64,000 bases of DNA from a virus. A model generated the notes under the pieces. The model did not search any database and was not told the DNA's origin. It saw only the letters and a list, made by a program, of their open reading frames with translations. The stretch lies in the IMG/VR virus record IMGVR_UViG_3300046535_001697, positions 18,637 to 82,636 of that record, one strand, 5' to 3'. A program made the translations under genes and the position numbers. Every line of letters begins with the position of its first letter. Positions within the stretch are counted from its first letter, which is position 1. Of this stretch, positions 56,133-64,000 are shown in pieces.

Positions 56133-56710
56133 CAGGCTGCTCTCCTTTTTGCCGAAGTGTCGGGATGTTCGGCCCAGGCGGGCCGGGTGGGGACGGGTTC
56201 GCCGACTGCCCGGGCATGCGCGCGGGCTCGCTCCCAGGACCGTTTGACGGCTTCGTAGTTCATGTCGAGGAGTTCAGCGACGGTCTCGGTCTCCATGCCG
56301 GCGACGAGGCCCCGGACGATGACGGCCCGTCGCTCAGCGCGGGTGAGCGGGACCTTGCGGCCGCTGAGGGCGTGGCCGACAGCGATCTCGTCGATGTAGG
56401 GGGCCTGCTGGGTGGGCCGGTAGTGCTCGGCGAGGCTGCGGAGGGTGATGGCGGTCTTGGTCGGGTCCGTGCGCTTCCCGGTCTCGTCCCAGGTGAGGTA
56501 TCCGAGGAGCGATCCGAGCGGCGTATCGGTGGGCACCAGGCCGGCGAGGACGGTGATGAGCGCGTCCTTCTCGCCGTCGGCGAGGCGCGCAAGCACCTGG
56601 TGAATGTCCCGGCGGCCCCCCGCGTCGTGGACAAGGCAGGCCAGCTGCGCGGCGACGGGCAGCACACGCTCGGCGAGGTCGCCGCGTGCCCGGTCTTCGG
56701 CGCTGCTCAT
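56132..56710 (-). CDS. Hypothetical protein with C-terminal sigma-region-4-like HTH
   Basis: 'IDEIAV...LTRAERRAV...TVAELLDM'. Confidence 0.65.
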   Translation of the reverse strand: MSSAEDRARGDLAERVLPVAAQLACLVHDAGGRRDIHQVLARLADGEKDALITVLAGLVPTDTPLGSLLGYLTWDETGKRTDPTKTAITLRSLAEHYRPTQQAPYIDEIAVGHALSGRKVPLTRAERRAVIVRGLVAGMETETVAELLDMNYEAVKRSWERARAHARAVGEPVPTRPAWAEHPDTSAKRRAA

Positions 56711-57654
56711 GCCGCTGTCTCCATCCGGCTCTGCTGGATCAGACGGTGCGCGTAACCGACCTGATCCCCGCTGACACCCAGGAGTACAGCCACCTCGACG
56801 TGAGTCCGGCCCGCGTCTGCCAGGGCGAGCAGCGCATCGGGCACGGCCTTCGCCAGGGCCTGCGAGACGCCCCACTTCACCGGGCCTACGAAAGGCATGT
56901 GCGGCGCACAGGTCCCGCACGGCTCTTCACCGGCCGCGACATGGAGCAGCCGACCACTGGCGGTGCCGCAGTGCCCGGTCCAGTCCGGGAACGCAGCCGG
57001 GTCGTCGATGCGGTCCTCGTCCCAGCACCCGGGGGGCGCCCACCCGTGCCGCCGGGCATACGTCCTGGTCGTCGCCGCCCGGTCCGCGGCGATACCGTGC
57101 CCGACCGGATCGGCACGCCACAGCCGCTCGTACAGGGCGACCGCCGCGACATGCGTCTGGATGCAGACCATGACCCGGTGGCCACTACGAATCTGCGCCG
57201 TGTTCGGGACCGCGAGACCGAGGCCGGCGGCCAGCGTCGGCAGGCCGAAGCCGCGCGCCGACAGCGCCTGCATCCGCCGCACCGTCCCCACGGCCGGCAC
57301 CATCGTGCGCGGCCTGCTCACCGCGGTCTTCTCCGGCACGGGGATGCCGAGAACGGCATCGGCGCTGCTGCGCCACACGTTTCTGGTGCTGGCCCGCCTG
57401 ATCAGGTGGATGGTGGAGATCCCGAGACCGGACCGGGCCGCGATGTCTGCCGGTGACATCCCGGCGTGGACGAGGAGTTCCGCGTGGGCCCGGGCCGGCC
57501 CGGCGTCGACGGACTGCCGGATGCCGAGCTTCATGTCCTGGCGGTGCTGCTTCCTTGCGCGGTGCGCTGCGGCCCTGCACTGCTCCTCCTGGCAGCCGTA
57601 GCGGGCGCAGCTGGCCATGCCGTGCCGGACGGTGGACTTGGCGGGCCGGTTCAT
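56707..57654 (-). CDS. Multi-HTH phage protein
   Basis: 'DIAARSGLGISTI', 'GTVRRMQAL', 'HGWAPPGCWD..IDDP'. Confidence 0.7.
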   Translation of the reverse strand: MNRPAKSTVRHGMASCARYGCQEEQCRAAAHRARKQHRQDMKLGIRQSVDAGPARAHAELLVHAGMSPADIAARSGLGISTIHLIRRASTRNVWRSSADAVLGIPVPEKTAVSRPRTMVPAVGTVRRMQALSARGFGLPTLAAGLGLAVPNTAQIRSGHRVMVCIQTHVAAVALYERLWRADPVGHGIAADRAATTRTYARRHGWAPPGCWDEDRIDDPAAFPDWTGHCGTASGRLLHVAAGEEPCGTCAPHMPFVGPVKWGVSQALAKAVPDALLALADAGRTHVEVAVLLGVSGDQVGYAHRLIQQSRMETAA

Positions 57655-58133
57655 GCCGGCACCCCCATGCGCTCGGCCTGGCGGGTCTGCTGGCGGCGGC
57701 TGGTGCCGCAGGGCCGGCACTCGACCTTTCCGGCCCAGGCGACGCTGGAGTGGTCGCGGCGGAGGTGGTCGTGCTCGCACACGCCGGACAGGTCGATGCC
57801 GAGGAGGGCCGCGCGCAGCAGCTGCTCCTGCTGGCGCTTGGTGCGGTCGGACAGGCAGCGGCCGGCGACGCACAGGGGCTTGCGGCAGTCGCGGATGACC
57901 TTGCCGACCGGGTCGGTGCCGTAGTGGAGGACCCAGGCGATGGTCAGGACGGAGTAGCGGTGGAGGTCCTTGGTGAGGGTGGGGACGGCGTCGTGCTCGA
58001 GGGGTCCGGTCCACAGGAGGTGGCCGCGGGCGCGGGTGGTGCGCTGGTGGAAGGCAGCGGCGAGGCCGTCGGGGAGGTGGCCGGCGCGGACGGTGCCGCG
58101 GGTGCGGGGTCGCCGGTTGGTGGTGATGGTCAT
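57651..58133 (-). CDS. Degenerate HNH/Zn-binding protein
   Basis: 'GHLLWTG...C...LCVAGRC...CEHDH...CRPC'. Confidence 0.55.
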   Translation of the reverse strand: MTITTNRRPRTRGTVRAGHLPDGLAAAFHQRTTRARGHLLWTGPLEHDAVPTLTKDLHRYSVLTIAWVLHYGTDPVGKVIRDCRKPLCVAGRCLSDRTKRQQEQLLRAALLGIDLSGVCEHDHLRRDHSSVAWAGKVECRPCGTSRRQQTRQAERMGVPA

Positions 58134-58612
58134 TGGACTGCCTCCCTGCTGATCTGGCGGGTGGGGTCGAACTGGTCGAGGGTGTCGGCCGGCCAGGTGG
58201 TGAGGTCGGTGATGATGAGGACGAGCTGGCCCTTCTTGACGGGCCGGCCGAGGCGCGGGTCGGGGCCGAGGAGCCGGGTGGAGTTGTCGTCGTCGAGGAC
58301 GCGGGCGTCGACGAGGCCGTCGATGGCGGCCTTCGCGGAGGGCGCCCAGTTGCCGGGGTCGCGGCGCCGGGCGACGGACACGGGGTGGACGATGTAGAAG
58401 ACGTGGGCGCGCTCCAGGCGCGGCACACGGGCCTTGCGGGCGAGCAGGCAGGCGGTCTTGCGGATGTCCTTGACGAGGCTGGCCTGGGCGAAGCGGTTGA
58501 GCCGCTGGTTGGCGTTGAGGAGGTCCGTGCCGGCGGGCAGGGCGACCCGGTACTGGTGGAGGACGGGCGCCGCCCCGCCGGTGGGCGGGGCGGCGTCGGG
58601 CACGGTGGTCAC
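58130..58612 (-). CDS. RusA-like Holliday junction resolvase
   Basis: 'LNANQR...RRRDPGNWAPSAKAAIDGLVDARVLDDDN'. Confidence 0.8.
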   Translation of the reverse strand: MTTVPDAAPPTGGAAPVLHQYRVALPAGTDLLNANQRLNRFAQASLVKDIRKTACLLARKARVPRLERAHVFYIVHPVSVARRRDPGNWAPSAKAAIDGLVDARVLDDDNSTRLLGPDPRLGRPVKKGQLVLIITDLTTWPADTLDQFDPTRQISREAVQ

Positions 58613-58995
58613 GAGGCGACCGCCCCGCGCTCCTGGAGGGACAGCACCGTCGCGTCGGGGATGCTGGCCGGGTCGATCGGCGCCAGGCCGGCGGCGGCGT
58701 ACAGGCTGATCCGTCCGGACCACCGGCCGGCAGCGGCCGTGGGCAGCACCGGCTGGATCACGGCCGGCCTCATGACGGCCCGGGCGACGGCGAGAGCTCT
58801 CTCCGCGGCCTCGGCGCGCTTCTCGGCGTACTCGAGGTCGGCGGCCATCCCGGCGATGATGTGAACCCCGGACCCGTACCACTCCTGGTACAGGGCGCTG
58901 CTCTCCTCGGCGGCGGCGAGCCGCTTCTGAAGGTTCCTGACGCGCCAGTTCAGGCGCTGGACTCTTGCGACGAGCGCCAGGTGGTCGAGCATCAT
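58609..58995 (-). CDS. Coiled-coil hypothetical protein
   Basis: 128 aa, coupled. Confidence 0.55.
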   Translation of the reverse strand: MMLDHLALVARVQRLNWRVRNLQKRLAAAEESSALYQEWYGSGVHIIAGMAADLEYAEKRAEAAERALAVARAVMRPAVIQPVLPTAAAGRWSGRISLYAAAGLAPIDPASIPDATVLSLQERGAVAS

Positions 58996-59267
58996 CGGTG
59001 GTTCTCCTTCTCCAGGTCGTCCCAGGCGGCGGCCGCGGTGCCGAGGGCGCGTTCCATGACGGCGTCCCAGTAGCCCTGCGCCCAGGGGTGGGCGAGGTGG
59101 TCGAGGGCGTACTCGACGCGGGTGATGGCGGCGGTCGGGCTGTAGTGGGCGTCGATGGTGCCTTCGGCGTGGCCGGCGTCGTACGCGGCGACGTAGGCGG
59201 TGCCGAGGATCAGCTCGCCGGGGGTGGGAGACAGGGACTGGGTGATGTGGTCGGTGCTGGTGGTCAC
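58992..59267 (-). CDS. Hypothetical protein
   Basis: AGGAG RBS, GTG start. Confidence 0.55.
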   Translation of the reverse strand: MTTSTDHITQSLSPTPGELILGTAYVAAYDAGHAEGTIDAHYSPTAAITRVEYALDHLAHPWAQGYWDAVMERALGTAAAAWDDLEKENHR

Positions 59268-59308
59268 GGGGTGCTCCTGTGTCGGCGTCAGGTGCGGTGG
59301 ACGGAGGG

Positions 59309-59548
59309 TCAGGCGTGGCGGCCGAAGAGCCGCTCGTGGCCGGGCGTGCCGGGCGCGGTGAAAGCGAGGTGCATCTCGACGAGCTGCTTCTCGTGGGCGT
59401 TGCGCTCGGCCCAGGTGGCGGTCGGGGCGTGCTGGACGGCGAGCTGCTCGAACGCGGCCGCGAGGCCGGGGTTCTCGATCTCGTCGATGAGGTGGTCCTG
59501 CTCGGCGAGGGCGCCGGCGGTGACGGAGGGGTTGGTGCGGACGGTCAT
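59309..59548 (-). CDS. Hypothetical protein
   Basis: GAGGAG RBS. Confidence 0.55.
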   Translation of the reverse strand: MTVRTNPSVTAGALAEQDHLIDEIENPGLAAAFEQLAVQHAPTATWAERNAHEKQLVEMHLAFTAPGTPGHERLFGRHA

Positions 59549-59652
59549 GGCGGTCTCCTCGCCATAGCGGTCCGGGCGGTGTGTCCGGGCCTCCAGGGGC
59601 AGGCACGCGCCGAGGGGGCGTCGGGGCGTGCCTGCGGCCAGGGGGCCCGGGC

Positions 59653-60027
59653 TCAGTGCCGGGTGCCGGCCCGTCGGGTGACGCGGGCCCGGATCCGGTC
59701 GGCGGCCGCGGCGTGAAGCAGGGTCTTCCCGTTGCTGGACGCCGCGGTGTGGACGACGCCGGCGTGGCCGTGCTCGTGGCACTCGGAGGAGACGAGGCGG
59801 GCGACCGCCTGGACGGACATGCCCAGTTCCTGGGCGAGGTCGGCGATGGCGATGGGCTGTCGGGGGTGACGGGACGGCCGGTCGGGGTCCGGGACCCGGA
59901 GGGTGCCGCAGCAGGAGCAGTGCTCCCGGGGCTCGTAGGAGCGGGTGCACCAGATGTGCGTGCGGTCGTACTCGTCCGACGTGGTGTCCGGGCAGACCTC
60001 GCTGTCGATGGCTCTGGTGTCGGGCAT
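59653..60027 (-). CDS. Hypothetical protein with HTH-like segment
   Basis: AGGAG RBS; 'IADLAQELGMS'. Confidence 0.55.
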   Translation of the reverse strand: MPDTRAIDSEVCPDTTSDEYDRTHIWCTRSYEPREHCSCCGTLRVPDPDRPSRHPRQPIAIADLAQELGMSVQAVARLVSSECHEHGHAGVVHTAASSNGKTLLHAAAADRIRARVTRRAGTRH

Positions 60028-60206
60028 GGCGGTACTCCTGTCGGTGCAGGCGCTGGGTGTTGTGGGCCGGGCGCAGCAGGTGCTCGGTGGCTGTCACTGC
60101 TGTGCCCGGCCGGTTGTGTCCGGCCCGGCCTCGGGAACGGGGGCGGTTCGACCGGGGTCGGGCCGGAGTGGTTGGGGACTCCGGGGTGCGGGGTCCTTGT
60201 GTGGAA

Positions 60207-60247
60207 GACACTACGCGCTAAGTCTTACATGCGCAAGACTTAGCGCG
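60207..60247 (-). promoter_or_regulatory. Promoter with overlapping palindromic operator (copy 2)
   Basis: TTGCGC-17bp-TAGTGT with TAAGTCTT-N8-AAGACTTA. Confidence 0.75.
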
Positions 60248-60260
60248 GATGGGGTGACGC

Positions 60261-60295
60261 AAAAGGGCCCGATCCCTGGTGGAGGGATCGGGCCC
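60261..60295 (-). terminator. Intrinsic terminator
   Basis: GGGCCCGATCCCT-loop-AGGGATCGGGCCC followed by TTTT on minus strand. Confidence 0.75.
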
Positions 60296-60345
60296 CGGAG
60301 GTGTGGTGGCCGGTGGCGGTCCGGTCGGGTGGTGGGTGGTGCGGG

Positions 60346-60651
60346 TCAGGCGGCGGCGGCCATGTCGGCCCGGATCTTGTCGCGGTGCCAGGCGAACACG
60401 TCGCTCATGGAGACGAGCTCGCCTCGGCGGCCGACGTTCTGCCAGGTCCGCAGGCCCCGGCCGGGCTTGAAGCCCCGTCGCAGGGTTCGTTCGGAGACGG
60501 GGTGGGGGGTGCGGGCGAGGACCGCGGTGGCCTCCGCGAATGTCAGGAGGTCGGTGGGCGGGGCGGTGAGCCGCCGGTGGGTGGGACACGGGGACGGGCG
60601 GCCGGCGTCGTTGTCGGCCGGGACGGGTTGGCGCATCGTGCAGGGTCCCAA
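60346..60651 (-). CDS. Small HTH protein
   Basis: 'LLTFAEATAVL...VSERTLRR'; start uncertain. Confidence 0.55.
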   Translation of the reverse strand: MGPCTMRQPVPADNDAGRPSPCPTHRRLTAPPTDLLTFAEATAVLARTPHPVSERTLRRGFKPGRGLRTWQNVGRRGELVSMSDVFAWHRDKIRADMAAAA

Positions 60652-60763
60652 TCGGTCGGGCGGGGGCGGCCGTGGAGCTCGGCGGCCCGTCGACAGGGCG
60701 GGCGAGGGTGTGGCTGTGCAGGCGGTGCGGTGGTGCGGGCGGTGCCGGGCGGCCGGGCTGGGA

Positions 60764-61303
60764 TCAGGCTGCCCAGGGGTCCCGCAGGTGGTGGCCGGCG
60801 ACGGCGCGCAGGCTCCACGTCCGGGCCCCGGTGGTGGTGGCGCAGTGGCGGCGCAGACAGGTGGCCTGCCAGCCGCCGGTGGTGGTGCGGATGGGGGTGA
60901 GGCTCCAGCATCCGCAGTGGGGGCAGGTGATGGCGGCGATCGCGTCGCGGCCTTCGCCGATGGCGATGCGCGCGAGGAGCCGGCCGGCGAGATTGCGGGC
61001 GGCGAGGTCCTCGGCGGCTGCCGGGTCGGCGGCGGCGATCATTCCGGCGGCTGCGTAGAGGGAGGCGTCGGTGGCCGGTGCGGGGGCGCCGTGCCGGGTG
61101 ACGAATTCGGCGACGTTCCTGGCGTGGTCCTGCTGGAGGGCGAGCCACGTCAGGTTGTAGGTGCCGGCCGGTTCGGTGCGGGTGGGGCGGCGGTCCGCGG
61201 TGGCGTCCGGATCGGGGCGCGTGGACGACGGGGCCGCCCAGTACGGGTTGTCGGCCATGGCCGCGAGGATCCGGTGGAGTGGTGACGCACTGCTCATGGG
61301 CAT
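60764..61303 (-). CDS. Zn-ribbon hypothetical protein
   Basis: 'CPHCGCWSL...TCLRRHC'; start uncertain. Confidence 0.55.
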   Translation of the reverse strand: MPMSSASPLHRILAAMADNPYWAAPSSTRPDPDATADRRPTRTEPAGTYNLTWLALQQDHARNVAEFVTRHGAPAPATDASLYAAAGMIAAADPAAAEDLAARNLAGRLLARIAIGEGRDAIAAITCPHCGCWSLTPIRTTTGGWQATCLRRHCATTTGARTWSLRAVAGHHLRDPWAA

Positions 61304-61509
61304 CCCCGTGATCCTCGGCGCCGGGGGCGCGCACGGTGTGGTGCGGGGGCGCGCCGGGGGCGGTTGCGGCTCGGTGAGAGCGCCCATCATGGCATGTGGC
61401 GGGGGCGGTGTCAGTGGCATACGGAGAGATCGGAGCGTACCGGGACAGTTGTTATCTGCCCGTTATCATTGACGCTCCGTCATCAAACAGGTGTGCGGCC
61501 GATGGGCCG

Positions 61510-61965
61510 TCACAGCTCCTGCGCGACATCCCGCATGGCCGCGAAGTCGGCCGGTGCGAGCCGCATGTCCCGCGCCATCTGATGCACGGTTTCCACCCCC
61601 GGGGCGTCCAGGCCCCGGCCGGCGTCCGGCTGGAGCCCGCGCTCCTCGTCGCCGACCCGCAGCCGCCAGGCGCCGAGCGTGACCCGCTCCAGGAACTCCG
61701 CCCACGCGGCGGACGCCGCGGCGACCGCCGGGTCGCCCAGGCTCACGCCGTGGGCGTTCATCAGCTCCTCCATGTGCGTGACGACGGCACGGACGATCTT
61801 CGGATCCCTCGGCACGGCGGCCTCCCGGCCGAGCGGGGCCGGCGCGGGCACAGCCGCGGGGGCGACGGGTGTCTGGCTGCGGCGGGCGAATCGGGAAGCG
61901 AGATCGATGACCTGGGCGCCGGCCTGGTCGGCCTGGTCGCCGTGGTGGTGCGCAGAGGCAGGCAT
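61510..61965 (-). CDS. Hypothetical protein
   Basis: GGAGA RBS; helical C-terminus. Confidence 0.55.
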   Translation of the reverse strand: MPASAHHHGDQADQAGAQVIDLASRFARRSQTPVAPAAVPAPAPLGREAAVPRDPKIVRAVVTHMEELMNAHGVSLGDPAVAAASAAWAEFLERVTLGAWRLRVGDEERGLQPDAGRGLDAPGVETVHQMARDMRLAPADFAAMRDVAQEL

Positions 61966-62402
61966 GGCTTCTCCGCTCGTCCGGCACACGAGGAGGGGGG
62001 CTGGAGCTGTTTCGGGCGGCGGCGTTGCCGGTGACCGTGCCCGGATGATCAGAGTGCCGTGCTGCGGGGGTTGCGGCCAGTGGATGCGGGGATGCTGACC
62101 ACATCCTGGCCTGTCACCACCGTTCGGTGACTGAAATGGGAGCGTCCCTCACACTGCGCGCACATGTTTTGCCGACAAGGACAACGCAGCGGAGGGACAC
62201 CACATCACAGTCCCTTCACCCCCGACGGGGGATCAGGTAGGCCGGAACCGTGGTTCCGACCGTGCGGCGATTGTAGACACCCCGACCGGCGCCCTGATAG
62301 GGACCCCGGCGAATGCACACACCACCTACGCGATTGGCATATGCCAGACGCCTGCGGTGTGGGCCCGCAGACCCAGGGCCCCCGGCCCTCACCTGGGCGG
62401 GA

Positions 62403-62421
62403 GGGTAAACCCGGTTTACCC
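62403..62421. promoter_or_regulatory. Putative parS palindrome GGGTAAACCCGGTTTACCC
   Basis: 19-bp palindrome upstream of parA; identical copy inside parB. Confidence 0.75.
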
Positions 62422-62567
62422 CTCGACCCCGTGCCCGGTCCGCCAGCCGAGCCGGCCCGCGGGACGCCCCCGGTGCGACACGCTCACCGCATCCCGTCCC
62501 TTGCCCCCACAGCCCGGTCTGGGAGACTGTCCGCTGCCCGTAGTACCAGACCATTGGGAATCAAACG

Positions 62568-63236
62568 GTGACTCACATGCAATCCTCTGTCCTCGTCGTG
62601 TCCACAGACCCTCAGGGCTCCGCCGTATGGTGGGCCGACCGGGTCGACGAAGGCCTCCCCTTCGATTTCGCGCAGGCCCACGACGACCCCTCCGGCCTCA
62701 AGGCCCTCCGCGACTTCGGCGCGAAAATCCACGTCGTCGCGAACCAGAAGGGCGGCGTCGGCAAGACCACCCTCGCCATCAATCTCGGCGCCGTCGTCTA
62801 CGACACCATCGGCCAGGCCCCCGGCTACAAGCACATCTTCATCGACACCCCCGGCAGCCTCGAGGACGAACGGCTCCTCGCCGCGTCCCTCGCCATCGCC
62901 GACGACGTCCTCGTGCCGATGCCGCCCGAGCCTCTCGCGTTCGATCCGACCGCCCGCACCATCGAGCAGGTCATCCGGCCGCGCGAGCTGCCGTTCCGCG
63001 TCGTCATCAACAACTGGGACCCCCGCGACGGCAAGGCCGACCTCGAAGAGACCCAGCAGTACATAGACGCACAGGGCTGGCCCCGGACCACATCGGTGAT
63101 CCGCCGCTACAAAATCCACACCCGGGCTTCCGCCGAGGGCCGCGTCGTCACCCAGTACCAGCGCAACAGGGTCGCCATGGAGGCCCGCGAGGACTTCTTC
63201 CGCTGCGCCCTCGAGCTGAACTACGGGGGGAACTGA
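62568..63236 (+). CDS. parA: ParA-family partition ATPase with permuted motif order
   Basis: 'NQKGGVGKTT', 'STDPQGS', 'IFIDTPG'; coupled to parB. Confidence 0.88.
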   Translation: MTHMQSSVLVVSTDPQGSAVWWADRVDEGLPFDFAQAHDDPSGLKALRDFGAKIHVVANQKGGVGKTTLAINLGAVVYDTIGQAPGYKHIFIDTPGSLEDERLLAASLAIADDVLVPMPPEPLAFDPTARTIEQVIRPRELPFRVVINNWDPRDGKADLEETQQYIDAQGWPRTTSVIRRYKIHTRASAEGRVVTQYQRNRVAMEAREDFFRCALELNYGGN

Positions 63237-64000
63237 TGGGGTCCGGACGTCGCGTCAACCTCGCGACCCTGCCGGGCAAGCCGTTCAACCCCGCAGCCGA
63301 CACCGAGCCGGCGCCGCCCGCCGCCCCGGCCCCCACGGCGGACCGCGGGCACCGGGCGGTCGGCGTGCCGCTGGCGGCCATCGTGTTCAACCCGCTGAAC
63401 CCGCGCCGTACCTTCGTCGAGGAGACCCTCGCCGAGCTCGCGGACAGCCTGCGCACGCACGGCCAGATCTCCCCGATCACCGTCGTCAGCCGGGCCGCGT
63501 TCCTCGCCGCACACCCCGGTCAGGAGGGTGCGCTGGGTGACGCCGAGTTCGTTGCCCTCGAGGGCAACCGCCGCCTGAACGCTGCCCACCGGGCTGGCCT
63601 CGAGGAGCTGCGGGTCGACCTCAACGACGACCTGGCGGCGACCGCGGCTGACATGCTGCAGTCCGCGCTCGCGGCGAACACCCACCGGGAGGCGGTCCCC
63701 GAACTCGAGGAGGCCCGCGCCATCCAGGAACTCCTGGACCGCAGGTACGACGGCAACCAGGCGGCCGTCGCCCGGGCGCTCTCCAAGACGTCGGCGTGGG
63801 TCGGCCAGCGCCTGGCCCTGCTCCACCTCACCCCCGAGGTGCAGGAGATGGTGGAGAGCCGGGAGCTCACGGTGAAGGCGGCCCGGCAGATCGGCGCGGC
63901 AACCCGCCGCGGGGATCTGACCCCGGAGGAGCAGCTGGCCGCCGCACGGGAGGCCCTGGCGAAGCCCGCCGGCCCCGGGAGGGTAAACCCGGTTTACCCT
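63236..64000 (+). CDS. parB: ParB-family partition protein (truncated by window)
   Basis: Read by hand: 'NPLNPRR...LAELADSL..HGQISPI...EGNRRL...HRE...VARALSKTSAWVGQRL'. Confidence 0.9.
   Translation, partial: MGSGRRVNLATLPGKPFNPAADTEPAPPAAPAPTADRGHRAVGVPLAAIVFNPLNPRRTFVEETLAELADSLRTHGQISPITVVSRAAFLAAHPGQEGALGDAEFVALEGNRRLNAAHRAGLEELRVDLNDDLAATAADMLQSALAANTHREAVPELEEARAIQELLDRRYDGNQAAVARALSKTSAWVGQRLALLHLTPEVQEMVESRELTVKAARQIGAATRRGDLTPEEQLAAAREALAKPAGPGRVNPVYP
63981..63999. promoter_or_regulatory. Second putative parS palindrome
   Basis: Identical to 62403-62421. Confidence 0.7.

Larger units (their letters stand above)
1..64000. mobile_element. Actinobacterial siphovirus-like prophage / phage-plasmid (extends beyond both window edges)
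   Basis: Complete head-tail morphogenesis operon, replication initiator, parABS and TraB-type transfer genes; no host housekeeping genes seen. Confidence 0.9.

Noticed and set aside
62335-62346. TGGCATATGCCA palindrome (partial copy near 38349)
   Set aside because: Short, second copy imperfect, compatible with chance.
1-64000. Integrase, att sites, lysis genes, tRNA/rRNA
   Set aside because: No recognisable motifs in this window; they may lie outside it.

Overview
High-GC actinobacterial (Streptomyces/Kitasatospora-like) sequence. The whole window is one siphovirus-type prophage that looks like a phage-plasmid. From 1 to ~25.7 kb a minus-strand late operon carries tail, tape measure, capsid, a mini Prp-like protease, scaffold, portal, terminase, an HNH nuclease and extra fibre-like genes. 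Divergent from its head (26.4-28.5 kb) are an MmyB-type XRE/ligand-binding regulator and a type III polyketide synthase. At 32.5-38.3 kb is a Streptomyces-type conjugation module (TraB FtsK/SpoIIIE, TraA-like, DUF2637). At 40-46 kb are an HTH replication initiator with internal 22-bp iterons, XRE regulators and a MazF-type TA pair. From 47 to 62 kb are early/accessory genes (structured RNA leader plus ORF, SLOG, HIT, two DNA methyltransferases, PD-(D/E)XK nuclease, SSB, RusA-like). The window ends with parS-parA-parB. I saw no integrase, lysin, tRNA or CRISPR array in the window. The strongest leads are a possible phage-encoded polyketide signalling switch, a protease/WFDLARHD capsid-maturation code, a structured RNA paired with an Arg-rich protein, and a ParA with permuted motif order. 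All family calls come from motif recognition by eye; no database searches were run.
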